DNA from: Nannocystis pusilla
GTDB lineage: Bacteria; Myxococcota_A; Polyangia; Nannocystales; Nannocystaceae
NCBI RefSeq assembly: GCF_049060185.1
Contig: NZ_JBMEQO010000002.1
DNA: 64,000 nucleotides
Reading direction: 5' to 3' (one strand)
Part shown: in pieces, positions 46,229 to 58,908 of the stretch
Layout: each line of letters opens with the position of its first letter
Position numbering within the stretch: position 1 is the stretch's first letter
Position numbers and translations under genes: made by a program
Notes under the pieces: model-generated
Databases searched by the model: none
What the model was told of the DNA's origin: nothing
The model's input: the letters and a program-made list of their open reading frames with translations, nothing else

Positions 46229-47298
46229 TCAATAGACCCCAGGCACGATCCGCCAGCGCACCCGTCGCTCGTATTGATGCCACAGCGCCCCGTACTTCGC
46301 GCGGCAGCGGCGGTCGTCGTCGATCTGCCGCGGCACCAGCAGCACCAGGTAATACAGCGGATACAGCCACGGCCCCAGCTCGCCCGGGTGGCCGAGCGAC
46401 AGCGCCAGCGCCGTCGCCATCGTGATCTCGCCCAGATAGTTGATGTGCCGCGACAGCCCCCAGAAGCCGTTCACCAGGATCTGCTTCTCGCCGTCGCTCA
46501 GCACCTCCGGCTCGATCGTCCCGAACGCCAATTTCTCCGGCTGCGTCTTGAACCAGAACTTCTGCAGGTTGGCCCCGCGGGCCAGCATCCACCCGGTGAA
46601 GAACAGCAGCGCGCACAGGCCCAGCAGCGGCGCCGGCGTGTGCGGGTTCGGCAGCGCGGCCGTCGTCCACAGCCCGACCGCGTAGAAGAACGGGTAGAAC
46701 GTCAGGCAGCCCCACCCGAGCTTGAAGCCGACGCGCTCCGCCACGAAGTCGTAGGTGTAAAGGTGGACCTCTTCGAAGTTGAGGTACTCCCACAGGAAGA
46801 ACGAGAACAGCGCCACGTGCAGCAGCACCCCCGGCGACGGATCGTTCGGGTACAGCAGCAGGTGGTGGGCCGCGAACGACAGCAGGTTCAGCTGCAGCAT
46901 CACCGCCCCGATCAAATACAGGAACATCTTGGCGTCGATGTGGCCCTCGAGCCATTGCGGGTTGGCCAGCCGCCCGAGGTACAGGTCGGCCAAGAGCCCG
47001 CGCCGCGCGCCGCCGGCAGCACGATCGCCAGAGTGAACAGGAGCCCCAGCCCGCACGCGGTCGCCAGAGTCTCTGCCCGGTGGACGTACAGCCAGTCCCA
47101 CGGCACGAGGCCGGTCGCCCCCGCCACGAAGTACAGCGCCACGGTCAGCGCCATCACCCGCACCCCGTTGAGGCGGTAACGGAGCGGCGCGCCGGTGGCC
47201 TCGTCGCGCACGTAGCCGGTCACGCGACGGGCCGGCACGATCAGATGGAGCACGAACACCAGCCCGTACAGGGCGATCAGCGCGAACACGGGCGACAC
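46229..47298 (-). CDS. ERG4/ERG24-family sterol reductase (C14 / delta-7 / C24(28)-type); one apparent frameshift ~47000
   Basis: About 8 TM helices; C-terminal signature LVNGFWGLSRHINYLGEIT...RQIDDDRRCRAKYGALWHQYERRVRWRIVPGVY*. Confidence 0.7.
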
Positions 47299-47348
47299 GC
47301 CCGCAGGCTACGGGCCGGGCCGGCGGCTGTAAAGCCTCGCGCGCGTGC

Positions 47349-47891
47349 GTGTCGCGGCGACTCGTGCCAAGCTCCGGCATGCCCTGGCTCCGCGCTCCTG
47401 TCCCCCTCCTCGTCGGCCTGCTCCTCGGCGCATGTTCCAAAGGCCAGGTGGAGCCCACCGACCCCGGCGGCGGCGGCAAGGTGTGCACCGAGATCGGCTG
47501 CATCGGCGGCCTGCGGATCGAGCTGCAGCCGAACGCCGGCTGGCCGGCGGGCGACTACACGTTCGCCTTCGCGCTCGACGGCGTCCCCGTCACCTGCAAG
47601 GGTGCCCTGCCGCTCAAGGCCTGCGACGCCGGCCCCGCGCTCACCTGCGACGTCCCCGACCGCGTGCGGATCGGCGAGTCCGGCTGCGCCCTGCCGCCCG
47701 AGCAGCACGGCTTTTCGGACATCCAGATCCCGAGCAGCCCCGCGGCCGTCGAGCTGAAGATCATGCGCGGCGAGGAGACCATCTACAGCGGCAACATCAG
47801 CCCCACCTACGTCGAATCGCGGCCCAACGGCCCCGGGTGCGAGCCGGTCTGCCGCGGCGCCTCCGCCCAGGTGGCGCTCACGTTCCCGTGA
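47349..47891 (+). CDS. hypothetical lipoprotein
   Basis: MPWLRAPVPLLVGLLLGACS lipobox; intact. Confidence 0.4.
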   Translation: MSRRLVPSSGMPWLRAPVPLLVGLLLGACSKGQVEPTDPGGGGKVCTEIGCIGGLRIELQPNAGWPAGDYTFAFALDGVPVTCKGALPLKACDAGPALTCDVPDRVRIGESGCALPPEQHGFSDIQIPSSPAAVELKIMRGEETIYSGNISPTYVESRPNGPGCEPVCRGASAQVALTFP

Positions 47892-47944
47892 CCTGGCCCG
47901 AAGACCAGCTTGTCGGCGCCGCCGGCCTGCGCTAGCGTCGGGCA

Positions 47945-49219
47945 GTGGACCCGCGCCCCCTCGTCGAGGCACCCGCGCTGTCCCACCGCGCGGCCGGCCC
48001 CGAGGTGGCTGGCGACCATTACGACAACCGCCTGATCCGCGGCGACAACCTCGCGGCCCTGCACGCGCTGGGGCCCGAGTTCGCCGGCAAGATCCGCTGC
48101 GTCTACATCGACCCGCCGTACAACACCGGCCGCGCCTTCGCCCACTACGACGACGGCATCGAGCACGCGCGCTGGCTGGCCGACATGCGCGCGCGGCTCG
48201 CCGTCCTGCGCGACCTGCTGGCCGCCGACGGCACCCTGTTCGTCCACATCGACGACAACGAGCTCGGCTACCTGATCGTCCTGCTCGACGACATCTTCGG
48301 CCGGGCCAACCGCGCCTCGGTCGTCACCTTCAAGCAGGGCGCGCCGACCGGCCACAAGGCGATCAACCCCGGCTGCGTCTCGACCTCCAACTTCGTCCTC
48401 GTGTACTGCAAGGACCGCGCGCATTGGGCCCCGCAGCGGCTGTACACCGCCCGCGAGCGCGACCCGCGGTACGCCCAGTTCATCGTCAACCGGCCCGCGC
48501 CGCACGCCGAGTGGCGGCTCGTCACCCTGATGCGGGCCTTCGCCGACGCCTGCGGCCTGGGTGAGCGCGCGGCTCAGCGGCTGGCGCGGGCCGAGCCGGA
48601 GCGCCTCGACGAATTCGTGCTCGCCCACGCCGACGCCGTCGTCCGCCTCGCGCGGCCCGACTACAACGCCGTCAGCGCGGCCGCGCGGGCCATGATCGAC
48701 CGCTCGAAGGCCGAGCCCGACGTCGTCCTCCGGCTAGAGCGCGACGACCACGACGACTTCTACTTCGTCCGCGGCGAGCGGCTCCTCTTCTACGCCGCCA
48801 AGCTCAAGCTCATCGACGGCCAGCGCGTCGCCGGCGAGCCGCTGACCACCATCTGGGACGACCTGCTGTCCAACAACCTGCACAACGAGGGCGGCGTCGC
48901 CTTCCCCAAGGGCAAGAAGCCCGAGGCCCTGCTGCGCCGCGTGCTCGAGCTGTCGACGCGCCCGGGCGACTGGGTCCTCGACGTCTACGCCGGCTCGGGC
49001 ACCACCGGCGCCGTCGCCCACAAGCTGCGGCGGCGCTGGATCCTCGTCGAGCGCGGCGAGCACTGCGACACCTTGGTCGCCCCGCGCCTGCGCGCGGTCG
49101 TCGACGGCCGCGATCCCAGCGGCGTCACCGCGGCGGCCGGCTGGACCGGCGGCGGCGGCTTCCGCTACTTCCGGATCGAGGCTGACGCATCGGACATGTC
49201 CCCGGAGCCAGGCCCGTGA
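47945..49219 (+). CDS. DNA methyltransferase (N6-adenine or N4-cytosine, beta-class: DPPY motif before FxGxG); no adjacent restriction endonuclease
   Basis: VYIDPPYNTG (motif IV) ... VLDVYAGSGTTGAVA (motif I) ordering; intact 424 aa. Confidence 0.8.
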   Translation: MDPRPLVEAPALSHRAAGPEVAGDHYDNRLIRGDNLAALHALGPEFAGKIRCVYIDPPYNTGRAFAHYDDGIEHARWLADMRARLAVLRDLLAADGTLFVHIDDNELGYLIVLLDDIFGRANRASVVTFKQGAPTGHKAINPGCVSTSNFVLVYCKDRAHWAPQRLYTARERDPRYAQFIVNRPAPHAEWRLVTLMRAFADACGLGERAAQRLARAEPERLDEFVLAHADAVVRLARPDYNAVSAAARAMIDRSKAEPDVVLRLERDDHDDFYFVRGERLLFYAAKLKLIDGQRVAGEPLTTIWDDLLSNNLHNEGGVAFPKGKKPEALLRRVLELSTRPGDWVLDVYAGSGTTGAVAHKLRRRWILVERGEHCDTLVAPRLRAVVDGRDPSGVTAAAGWTGGGGFRYFRIEADASDMSPEPGP

Positions 49220-49244
49220 GCAACGGTCTCAGGGGACATGTCCC
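49192..49244. repeat. pair of GGACATGTCC(CC) palindromes spanning the methyltransferase stop codon
   Basis: GGACATGTCCCC at 49192-49203 and GGGGACATGTCCC at 49232-49244. Confidence 0.6.
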
Positions 49245-49253
49245 TTCAATCCG

Positions 49254-49913
49254 TCAGCAGGGCTCGGCCGACTGGACCCCGCCCCACTGCTCGGCGCACG
49301 GGGTGCTGTTCGGGTTGTAGCTGTCGGGGCTCCACTCGCCGCAGTCGAGCTCCGACATGCAGGCGCCGAACTCGTCGAGCGCCGCCTTGCGCGACGGGCA
49401 ATCGCCCCAGTAGTCGTAGGTCGCGTCGAGGCACTCCTGCTGGTCGCCGTAGTAGGTCCCGCCGCACTCCTTGTAGCGGCGGCAGAACGCCTGCATGCCG
49501 TCCTCGCCGGGCAGCACGCCGGGCCCGTCGGTCGGCGGCGGCTCGCTCGTGCTCGTGGTCTCGGCAGCGGTCGTCTCGGCCACGGTCGTGCCGGCGGTCG
49601 GCTCGCCCGTGGTCGGCCCGGTCGTCTCGTCGACGCCGGTGTCCGTCGCCACGGTCGCGGCGGTGCCGTCGGTGCCGTCGGTGCCGTCGGTGCCGTCGGT
49701 GCCGTCGCTGGGGTTGGACGCGTTGGAGGCGTTGCTCGCGTTCGAACCGTTGCTCGGGTTCGTCGTCGTCGCCGCCGTCGGGTTGGTCACCGAATCGAGC
49801 GGGTCCTTGTCGTCGGAGCAGGCCAGGCTCAGGCACGCGGCCAGAGCGATGCATGGGGGGATGAATTCACGGAGGGTCACGCGGCGCGGAACATAGGAAA
49901 ACGAGGCCCGCAT
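49254..49913 (-). CDS. Cys-rich secreted lipoprotein with (NAS)n and (DGT)n low-complexity repeats
   Basis: Lipobox ALAACLSLACSDD; NASNASNASN and DGTDGTDGTDGT repeats; C-terminal about 10 Cys. Confidence 0.4.
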   Translation of the reverse strand: MRASFSYVPRRVTLREFIPPCIALAACLSLACSDDKDPLDSVTNPTAATTTNPSNGSNASNASNASNPSDGTDGTDGTDGTDGTAATVATDTGVDETTGPTTGEPTAGTTVAETTAAETTSTSEPPPTDGPGVLPGEDGMQAFCRRYKECGGTYYGDQQECLDATYDYWGDCPSRKAALDEFGACMSELDCGEWSPDSYNPNSTPCAEQWGGVQSAEPC

Positions 49914-50071
49914 GACCAGCCGCGCAATCGACGCGACGACCGTCGCTCCCACCTGCATCGACACCTCGATGTCCGCGACGTGGACACAGGTCCGCCGATA
50001 CGACCGGTGACGCAGCGACGACCCTCGCGGCCGCCCCTGGGCCCGCGCGCGAGCCCGGCGTATCCTGGGCC

Positions 50072-52156
<2,085 letters not shown>

Positions 52157-52189
52157 TCGCTGCTATCGTCGCCCGCGAACAGGAGCGCC

Positions 52190-52570
52190 ATGCACAAGGG
52201 ATCTTGCCTCTGCGGCGCCGTGACCTTCGAAGTCACCGGCCCGTTGCCCCCGCCGAACGCCTGCCATTGCTCGCAGTGCCGCAAGCAGTCGGGCCATTAC
52301 TGGGCCTCGACCGACGTCGACCGCGCGGCCCTGACGATCCGCGGCGAGGACCGCCTGACCTGGTTCCGCTCCTCGGACAAAGTGCGCCGCGGCTTCTGCT
52401 CGACCTGCGGCTCGTGGCTGTTCTGGGACCCGATCTTCGCCGCGAAGATCGCCGTCGCCATGGGCGCCTTCGATGCGCCGACGCACGCCCGCCTGGCCAT
52501 GCACATCCACGTGGCCGACAAGGGCGACTACTACGACATCGCCGACGACCTGCCGCAGCACCCGCATTGA
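52190..52570 (+). CDS. GFA-family (glutathione-dependent formaldehyde-activating / CENP-V-like) zinc protein
   Basis: CLCGAV...CHCSQCRK...CSTCGS Cys motifs; intact 126 aa. Confidence 0.75.
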   Translation: MHKGSCLCGAVTFEVTGPLPPPNACHCSQCRKQSGHYWASTDVDRAALTIRGEDRLTWFRSSDKVRRGFCSTCGSWLFWDPIFAAKIAVAMGAFDAPTHARLAMHIHVADKGDYYDIADDLPQHPH

Positions 52571-52644
52571 CGCCGCTGCGCGCCGGGCGACCGCGATCGA
52601 TGCCACGAGCCCGGGCGATGGGCCCATGATACGTTGACTCGCGC

Positions 52645-53575
52645 ATGCGTCGTCCGCCCCTGCTCCTCGCTCTCGCCTGCCTGCTCGCCTGCAAGACCTC
52701 CACGTCGGGCCGGGCCAAGGCCCCGCGGCGACCGAGTCGGGCGCCTTCGGCACCCCCATCGCCGGGGCGGACGCCTCGCCGCTCGACCCGACCACCACCT
52801 CGTCGGGCGCCTTCGCCAACCCGGGGGCCCGCGGCCCGGTCGCACCGACGAGCGCGAGCGGATCGGCGACGTGCGCGCCTCCGAGAACGCCGCGCCGCTC
52901 GGGCCGCCCGGCTCCTCCAAGGAGCGCCCGCTCCTCGCCTGCGGCACCACCGGCTCCTACGTCGCGGTCGCCGACGCCGAGTGCGAGGACGGCACTCGCC
53001 CGTTCGACGGCGACATCCCCAGCGGCATGAAGGCCCGCCGCGGCAACGTCGGCGCCAACAAGGACGGCCACGTCATCGACCTGTACGAAGTGCCATGTCC
53101 CGAAGGCCCGCAGAAGATCTTCGTCGACATGTACGCCTGCGACCGCGCCCAGCCGTCGCGCTCCGAGTTCGAGCGCGACACCTACGTGCGCGACGCCTTC
53201 CTCGCCGGCGACCACGCCCGCTTCAGCGAGCGCTGCTTCGCCGAGCAGGCCCGCGGCCCCGACCGCGTGTCGCTGATGCTGCAGAGCTGCCTGCCGGCCA
53301 TGCCCACGGCCCTGCGCGAGCAGGGCAAGATCGCCGAGGCCCACGGCTGGCTGGCCCGCTACTGCGGCGGCACCCCGCCGCCGACCGCCGACCAGCCCAA
53401 GCGGTGGGTCTACTTCCGCAACGTGCTCGAGGCCCTCGACGCCCTGCGCGAGCAGCAGAACCGCGCCGCCAGCGACCGCGCCTACGAGCGCAAGACGGTC
53501 GCCGCCGAGTACGCCAAGGTCTGCGACGTCGACCTCAGGGCCTACGAGCGCTGGCTCAAGGACAACCCCGAGTGA
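52645..53575 (+). CDS. hypothetical lipoprotein; frameshift(s) in N-terminal linker
   Basis: MRRPPLLLALACLLAC lipobox; C-terminal domain ...CPEGPQKIFVDMYACDRAQP... in another frame. Confidence 0.4.
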
Positions 53576-53585
53576 CGTGCCCCTC

Positions 53586-53610
53586 GGGACATGCCGCATG
53601 GGGCATGTCC
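53586..53610. repeat. CATG-core hairpin GGGACATGCC-GCATG-GGGCATGTCC
   Basis: Begins 11 nt after the lipoprotein stop; a further GAGCATGTCCG copy follows at 53613-53624. Confidence 0.7.
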
Positions 53611-53631
53611 GCGAGCATGTCCGTTCGGGCA

Positions 53632-54272
53632 TCACCACGACCACGGCGGGTCGTCGCCGACGATCACGAGATCGGCGGGCCGGCGGGCGAACAGGCCGAC
53701 GCTGACGACCCCGGCGATCTGGTTCAGCGCCGCCTCGAGCGCCTCGGGCTCGTCGATCACGAGGCCGTGGACGTCGACGATCCACCCGCCGTTGTCGGTG
53801 ATCACGCCTTCGCGCCACACGGGCGTGCCGCCGGTCATCGCCGCGATCGTGCGGGCCACCAGCTCGCGCGCCATCGGGATGACCTCGACCGGCAGCGGGG
53901 AGCCGCCGAGCCGCGGCACCCGCTTGCCCGGGTCGATGATGCACACGAACTTCTCGGACGCCGCCGCCACGATCTTCTCGCGCGTCAGCGCCGCCCGCCC
54001 CTTGACCAGGCGGCGCTGCGGATCGCAGGCGTCGGCGCCGTCGACATAGAGCGGCAGCGGCCCGGTGGTGTTGAGGTCGAGCACCGCGATCCGCGGGCCC
54101 GCAGGCGCGCCGCAGTCTGCTCCGAGCTGGCCACCGCGCCGGAGATGCGCGCCGGGTCGAGCGCGTCGATGAAGTGGGCCACGGTCGAGCCGGTGCCCAC
54201 GCCGATCACCGTCCCCTCGGACACCAGCTCCAGCGCCGCCCGGGCCGCCCGCTGCTTCGCGTCCGCAGTCAT
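53632..54272 (-). CDS. rpiA: ribose-5-phosphate isomerase A; one apparent frameshift ~54090
   Basis: N-term [17 protein letters not shown]; C-terminal domain ...[10 protein letters not shown]...LVIVGDD in a second frame. Confidence 0.8.
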
Positions 54273-54276
54273 CGGC

Positions 54277-55481
<1,205 letters not shown>

Positions 55482-55660
55482 AATAACCCGCCGGCGCGGC
55501 CACCCTGGCCGGAGCGGCGGCGGCCCCGGCGGAGGTCTCTCATCACTGCCGAGCCCGGGCCTCGGTGCACGGGCGGAGGACCCGACGTGCGTCGACGCGC
55601 ACCGTCGCTCCCGGGCCGGCCGCTGTGACCTGCGCTCGCCGCTGGTAGCCTTCGGAGGCC

Positions 55661-56531
55661 TTGTCCACGGCAGTCGAAGTCGAAGATATCGTCCCTCCGC
55701 CGGCCACCAGCTCGCCCGAAGTCGGCGGACTCATGTGGAGTCACGTGATCGGCGCCGGGCTGATGCACCTGGTCTGCATCGCGGCCCCGTTCACCTTCTC
55801 GTGGAGCGGCCTCGGCGTCGCCGCCGCGCTCTGGTGGCTCGCCGGCGGCGTCGGCATCTGCCTCGGGTATCACCGCCTGCTGTGTCACCGCAGCTTCGCG
55901 GTCCCGCGGTTTTGACGTACGTCATCGTCCTGCTCGGCACCTTGAGCTGGCAGGGCAGCCCGGTGCTGTGGGTCGGCAAGCATCGCCTGCACCACCGCTG
56001 GTCCGACCAGGAGCACGACCCGCACTCGCCGCGGCACGGCCTGTTGTGGGCCCACATGTTGTGGGTCTTCATGCGCGCCGACGAGGACGCCGAGCGCGCG
56101 TTCGCCCGCGACCTCCTGCGCGACCCGGTGATGCGGTGGTTCGACCGCTGGCACTACGTCCCGCAGTTCGTCCTGGCGGTCCTCCTCTACGTCGTCGGCG
56201 AGGCGTGGCTCGGCCAGGGCTGGAGCTGGGTGGTGTGGGGCATCCCCGTGCGCCTGGTTTTCACGTATCACGCGACCTGGCTCGTCAACTCCGCCGCGCA
56301 CCGGTGGGGCTACCGCAACTACGAGACCCGCGACGACTCGCGCAACAATTGGTGGGTGGCCCTTTGACCTTCGGCGAGGGCTGGCACAACAACCACCACG
56401 CCCACCAGCGCGCCGCGGCCCACGGTCGGCGGTGGTTCGAGCTCGATGTCACCTACCTCATGATCCGCGGCCTCGCGCTCGTCGGCCTCGCGCGCGACAT
56501 CGTCGCCCCGCGCGAGCCGCTGAAGTCCTGA
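55661..56531 (+). CDS. acyl-CoA (delta-9-type) fatty-acid desaturase; 2 apparent frameshifts
   Basis: Histidine boxes HRLLCHRSF, HRLHHRWSD, HNNHHAHQ. Confidence 0.75.
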
Positions 56532-56644
56532 GCAGCCGCCTGCGCGCCTGCAGACGGCGCCGGCCCCGGGGCCTTGCGTGGGCTCGCGTCGCACCGGGGA
56601 TCTACGGTGTAGCCGCGGCCGGCGATCTTCGCTGTAATCGCCGC

Positions 56645-58743
56645 ATGCGTTGGAACCTTGTGGCGCTCCTCTCGGCCGCCGGCCTGCTCGCCTGCGGCAA
56701 CCCCGATCGTCCGGCCGAAAGCGACAGCTCGGTCATCTCCGCCTCCACCTCGCTGAGCACCGGAAACACCGGCAACGGCAGCGACACCACCGACACCGCG
56801 ACGCCGACGAGCACCGATCCGAGCGGCAGCGGCACGATGGGCGACCCGACCGACGGGCCGGTCACGGGCACCACGAACGGCACCACGGTCGATCCGGCGA
56901 CCACCGCGACCACGGGCGACGACCCCGGCATGGTCGTGTCGATCGAGATCGATCCGCTCGACGCGATCATCACCGTCGTCGACGGCGTGATCCCGCCGAG
57001 CACCCAGTACAGCGCCGTCGGCGTCACCGACAAGGGCATCAAGATCCCGGTCACCGGCACCTGGTCGTACGACAAGCTCGACCTCGCCGGCATCGGCGAT
57101 CTCCGGGCACCTTCACGGCGACTGGTTTCGCAGGCGGCGTCGGCACCGTCACCTTCGAGGGCGCCGGCGAGCTGCCCGCGGCCACCACCACCGCCACCGT
57201 CAAGCTGCTGTTCAACGCCGAGCCGAACCCGGTCCCGCCGGAGACCAAGGACCTGTTCCCGATGGCGGTCGACCCCGACCCGTCGATGGTCCTGCTCTAC
57301 CCGTACGACAAGACCGTGTTCCCGCGCGGCCTCATCGGTCCCACCATTCAGTGGGACGGCGGCGGCGCCAACGACCTCTATTACATCCACGCCTACAGCG
57401 AGTTCTTCGAGTACAAGGGCTGGCACAACGTGCCGCCGCCGTCGCGCTTCGACTTCCCGAAGCTGCCGACCGACATCTGGCTCAAGCTGACCGCCTCGAC
57501 CGAGGGCGACGTCAAGGTCGACATCGCCCGCTTCGACGGCCAGAAGGCCTACCTCGCCAAGACCCAGACCTGGACGATCGCCCCGGCCAACCTGACCGGC
57601 ACCGTCTATTACTGGGAGGTCAACAACGGCAACGTCGTGCGCCTCAACATCGGCGCCACCGCGCCCGAGCCGTTCGTGCAGAAGCCGCCGGGCGTCACGT
57701 GCGTCGCCTGTCACAGCGTGTCGAAGGACGGCTCGCGGATCGCCGCCAGCTTCCACGGCGGCTACAGCCCGTGGAGCACCATCGACGCCGCCTCCGGCAA
57801 CGTCCTGTACTTCCCCGACATCGCCTCGGGCTTCCAGGCGATCGCGCCCAACGGCTCGCACGTGGTGTGGGGCCAGTCCGACGAGAGCGGCGCGCTCAAG
57901 CTGACCACCTTCGACAGCTCCACCGTGCTCGCGCAGCTCACGGTGCCCGGCGGCAAGCCGCAGCACCCGGTGTGGTCGAGCGACGGGACCAAGGTTGCGT
58001 TCGCGCGCAAGACCGACGGCAACTGGCTCGACTTCAACAACAGCGAGCTGTGGCTGGTCGACATCGACCTGATGACCAACTCGTTCGCCAACGCCCACCA
58101 GATCGTCGACAAGATCCCCGGGCTCACGACCACGACGTTCCCGACCTTCTCGCCCGACTCGCAGTGGATCGCGTTCAACCGCCTCAACCAGGCCCGCACC
58201 CGCGCCGCGGTCACCGAGGTCTGGCTGACCTCCCTCGACGGCTCCGCGGTGGTGCGCCTCGACAAGGCCAACGGCTTCGGCATCGTCGAGCCCGGCCAGG
58301 ACCAGACCACCTACGAGCCGACCTTCCTGCCCGTGTCGGTCGGCGGCTACTCGTGGCTCATCATCGGCTCCGAGCGCAAGTACGGCAACACGCTCACCGA
58401 CATGAACCCCGCCTCCCGGCGCAAGCAGCTGTGGGTGACGGCCATCGACGGCAACATCACCCCCGGCACCGACCCGAGCCACCCGGCCTTCTGGCTCCCG
58501 GGCCAGGAGCTGAACAACTCGAACATGCGCGGCGAGTGGGCGCTGTCGCCGTGCAAACAGCTCGGCGAGGGCTGTAACGCCGGCTTCGACTGCTGCGACG
58601 GCTTCTGCTACGGCGACCCGGCCGTGTGCTCCGACAAGCCCGACACCTGCTCGCACATCGGCGACTCGTGCGAGGTCGACGCGGCCTGCTGCGAGGGCGA
58701 AGGCACCTGCATCGCCGGCTACTGCTCGATCCAGCCGGGCTGA
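56645..58743 (+). CDS. lipoprotein with TolB-like beta-propeller repeats and Cys-rich C-terminus; one apparent frameshift ~57110
   Basis: MRWNLVALLSAAGLLAC lipobox; SSDGTKVAFARKTDGNW, SPDSQWIAFNR repeats; C-terminal CNAGFDCCDGFCYGDPAVCSD. Confidence 0.55.
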
Positions 58744-58834
58744 GCGACCGCCTGCGCTCGCGCGCGAACGTCCCCGGCGGCGCCTCGACGAGGCTCGCCG
58801 GGGACGCGGCGTATGCGGCGTCCCCCGGCGCTTC

Positions 58835-58860
58835 GGGACATGCTCTCGGGAGCATGTCCC
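58835..58860. repeat. CATG-core hairpin GGGACATGCTC-TCGG-GAGCATGTCCC (perfect 11-bp stem)
   Basis: In the convergent intergenic region 58744-58908. Confidence 0.8.
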
Positions 58861-58877
58861 TTCAACCATGCGCCGAA

Positions 58878-58901
58878 GGGCATGTCCGAAGCGACATGCC
58901 C
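58878..58901. repeat. CATG-core hairpin GGGCATGTC-CGAAGC-GACATGCCC (perfect 9-bp stem)
   Basis: Second element in the same intergenic region. Confidence 0.75.
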
Positions 58902-58908
58902 GCCGCTG

